Below, one piece after another: positions 62,211 to 63,328 of a stretch of 63,328 bases of DNA. Source of the DNA: an uncultured Candidatus Saccharibacteria bacterium (GTDB lineage Bacteria > Patescibacteriota > Dojkabacteria > JAOAGR01); NCBI GenBank assembly GCA_964626735.1, contig CAZVIJ010000004.1, forward strand, positions 1 through 63,328, given 5' to 3'. Below the pieces are notes generated by a model, which was not told the DNA's origin, ran no database searches, and saw only the letters and a program-made list of their open reading frames with translations. The position numbers and the translations under genes were made by a program. The first letter of the stretch is position 1, and each line of letters begins with the position of its first letter.

Positions 62211-63155
62211 TTATTTTCTCCGGTGAATGAATACTCCGGTTAGAAGTATCATGAATCCGATGATAAACAATCCTGTGATCGGGGTATTTGCGCCTGTTTC
62301 GGGTAATAACGGAGTGCCTGAAGTTGAGACGATGAAATCGACCGCCTGCGAAAAATCCCCTTTCGTCTGGTCGTTATTTATTAAACGCGCTCGGTATGAA
62401 TGCGTGCCGTTGCTAAGGTCTGAAGGTGGAACAAACGACCAATACCCTAATCCGTTTGTTTTGACAACGCCCGTAATAACATTCGAGTGAACCTCGACTT
62501 CGACATTCACGTTAGGCAGGGAGAAACCGGTAAGGGCAGGACGCTTCGAAGTGAAAACTTCGTGTTCTTTTACCGTGAGAACTATCTTATTGGCAGGCAG
62601 ATCTGGTATTTCGCTATCGTCGGTAGGCGTAGGGGATGATTCAACGATTATGGCGGGGCCTGATGTGGGTGTTGGTGTCGCGGTAGCGGCGAGTGTCGAA
62701 GATGGCGAGTTCGAGGTAGTTGGCGTCGGGGTACTGGTCGGTGTTGCTGTCGGAGTAGGCGTGCTCGTGGGCGTCGCCGTCGGAGCAGGAATACCGGTTG
62801 GCGTTGCGGTAGGTATAGTTGTCGGCGTAGGGGTTGGTGTCGGTGTATCGGTTGGAAGCGGAGTCGCAGTTGCCGTAGGAGTCGGAGTATCGGTCGGAAC
62901 AGGAGTGCTTGTCGGCGTTGCGGTAGGTGTCGCTGTTGGAGTGGGAGTTGGCGGAGGAGTAGGAATTGTTTGGATGGTATTGAGCGTATATCCGTATGAA
63001 AGCAGCTTGAACAGACTGCCGCTCAGGGGAGCCAGCGTATTCTTTGTTACCTGGTACTGCGACGGCATCGAAAGCCAATGGGCAGTGTACTCCTCTTCGG
63101 CAATTATTTTCGGATGCCCAGAGTTGTCGACGTTGATCATTCCGTACGTTTGCAA
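62211..63155 (-). CDS. LPXTG-anchored surface protein with a long Pro/Thr linker. The 5' end is uncertain and the gene may be disrupted.
   Basis: The C-terminus [31 protein letters not shown] is a sortase sorting signal. The listed start is TTG at 63155 and yields no signal peptide. The frame stays open upstream to a TAG at 63303-63305. Confidence 0.6.
   Translation of the reverse strand: MQTYGMINVDNSGHPKIIAEEEYTAHWLSMPSQYQVTKNTLAPLSGSLFKLLSYGYTLNTIQTIPTPPPTPTPTATPTATPTSTPVPTDTPTPTATATPLPTDTPTPTPTPTTIPTATPTGIPAPTATPTSTPTPTATPTSTPTPTTSNSPSSTLAATATPTPTSGPAIIVESSPTPTDDSEIPDLPANKIVLTVKEHEVFTSKRPALTGFSLPNVNVEVEVHSNVITGVVKTNGLGYWSFVPPSDLSNGTHSYRARLINNDQTKGDFSQAVDFIVSTSGTPLLPETGANTPITGLFIIGFMILLTGVFIHRRK
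62622..62966 (-). repeat. Low-complexity coding repeat (Pro-Thr-rich linker) inside the LPXTG gene
   Basis: The translation is [44 protein letters not shown]...[20 protein letters not shown]. On the plus strand it appears as GGTGT/GTCGG-rich imperfect repeats. Confidence 0.7.
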
Positions 63156-63328
63156 TGCTTTCGCAATCGTGAAACAGGCATTCGTGCAGTTCAGCGTATT
63201 TTGAATGTAAGAATCGGACAGCGTAGGATCAAGCTGAAGATGCGCGCCTTCGGGCAGGTCCCAGTTGTTTGTGCTCTTCCCGTCGGATTTCGTTGATCGG
63301 CCCTACTCAGGCGTTCCTGAAACCCTTC

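Noticed and set aside
62622-62966. A repetitive DNA stretch that at first glance could be a tandem repeat or CRISPR-like array
   Set aside because: The repeats are imperfect and have 6-12-nt periodicity, with no spacers. They translate in frame as a Pro/Thr linker of the LPXTG protein. There are no CRISPR-like 25-40-nt repeats anywhere in the window.
63160-63180. parS-like half site CGTGAAACA, and a general search for parS (TGTTNCACGTGAAACA) and DnaA-box clusters
   Set aside because: Only one half-site is present and the left half does not match. I saw no clustered TTATCCACA boxes, so I call no origin or parS.
1-63328. Alternative genetic code (UGA recoding, as in some Patescibacteria lineages)
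   Set aside because: RF2, which reads UGA, is present. In addition, conserved genes of normal length end in TGA (for example parA at 38440-38442 and the ORF ending at 3406). No conserved gene needs read-through of TGA to reach its expected length.

Overview
The window reads as a 63.3-kb chromosomal segment from a small-genome, Gram-positive-like bacterium. My inference is Patescibacteria/CPR, possibly Saccharimonadia-like, based on three things: conserved housekeeping genes interleaved with many orphan genes, no recognisable Shine-Dalgarno sites, and PrgI-like and LPXTG genes.

The genetic code is standard. RF2 (prfB) is present, and TGA terminates several conserved genes.

Confidently recognisable genes are parB, recJ, a sufU-like scaffold, dnaK, prfB, ychF, trxA, an Elp3-type radical-SAM/GNAT enzyme, gltX, a Dus-family enzyme, rlmN, parA/soj, tsaD, groES-groEL, a Mur-ligase (Mpl/MurC-like), an MraY/WecA-family transferase, rsmA, an AI-2E transporter and two tRNAs (CAU and Gly-UCC).

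I saw no rRNA, CRISPR array, integrase or transposase.

Accessory or unusual content, in window order:
1. An AT-rich single-gene cassette after prfB encodes a stand-alone RelA/SpoT-synthetase-domain protein (toxSAS/CapRel-like candidate). It is followed by four orphan genes, one with a PD-(D/E)xK-like pattern (10.5-15.1 kb).
2. A head-to-head Elp3 / Trm9-like methyltransferase pair is separated by 17 bp, with overlapping -10 boxes.
3. An exonuclease-plus-two-orphan operon abuts tRNA-Gly.
4. A 1203-aa secreted glycosidase carries two blocks of four ~62-aa Cys-pair repeats.
5. A fragmentary T4SS-like cluster contains a PrgI-like gene, a beta-sandwich protein and a VirB4 N-domain-only gene. An in-frame TAA-TAA junction sits between the first two genes, and an ATP-grasp gene follows.
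6. A synthase-dependent exopolysaccharide locus contains a sugar dehydrogenase, a HasA/NodC-like QxxRW synthase, a heparinase-II/III-like lyase fused to a CE4 deacetylase, and a deacetylase paralogue.

Two regulatory patterns recur. A shared degenerate CIRCE-like operator precedes both dnaK and groES. Many first-in-operon genes have -10-like hexamers only 5-10 nt upstream of the start codon, which suggests leaderless or near-leaderless transcripts.

All functional calls come from motif recognition by eye. No database search was run.
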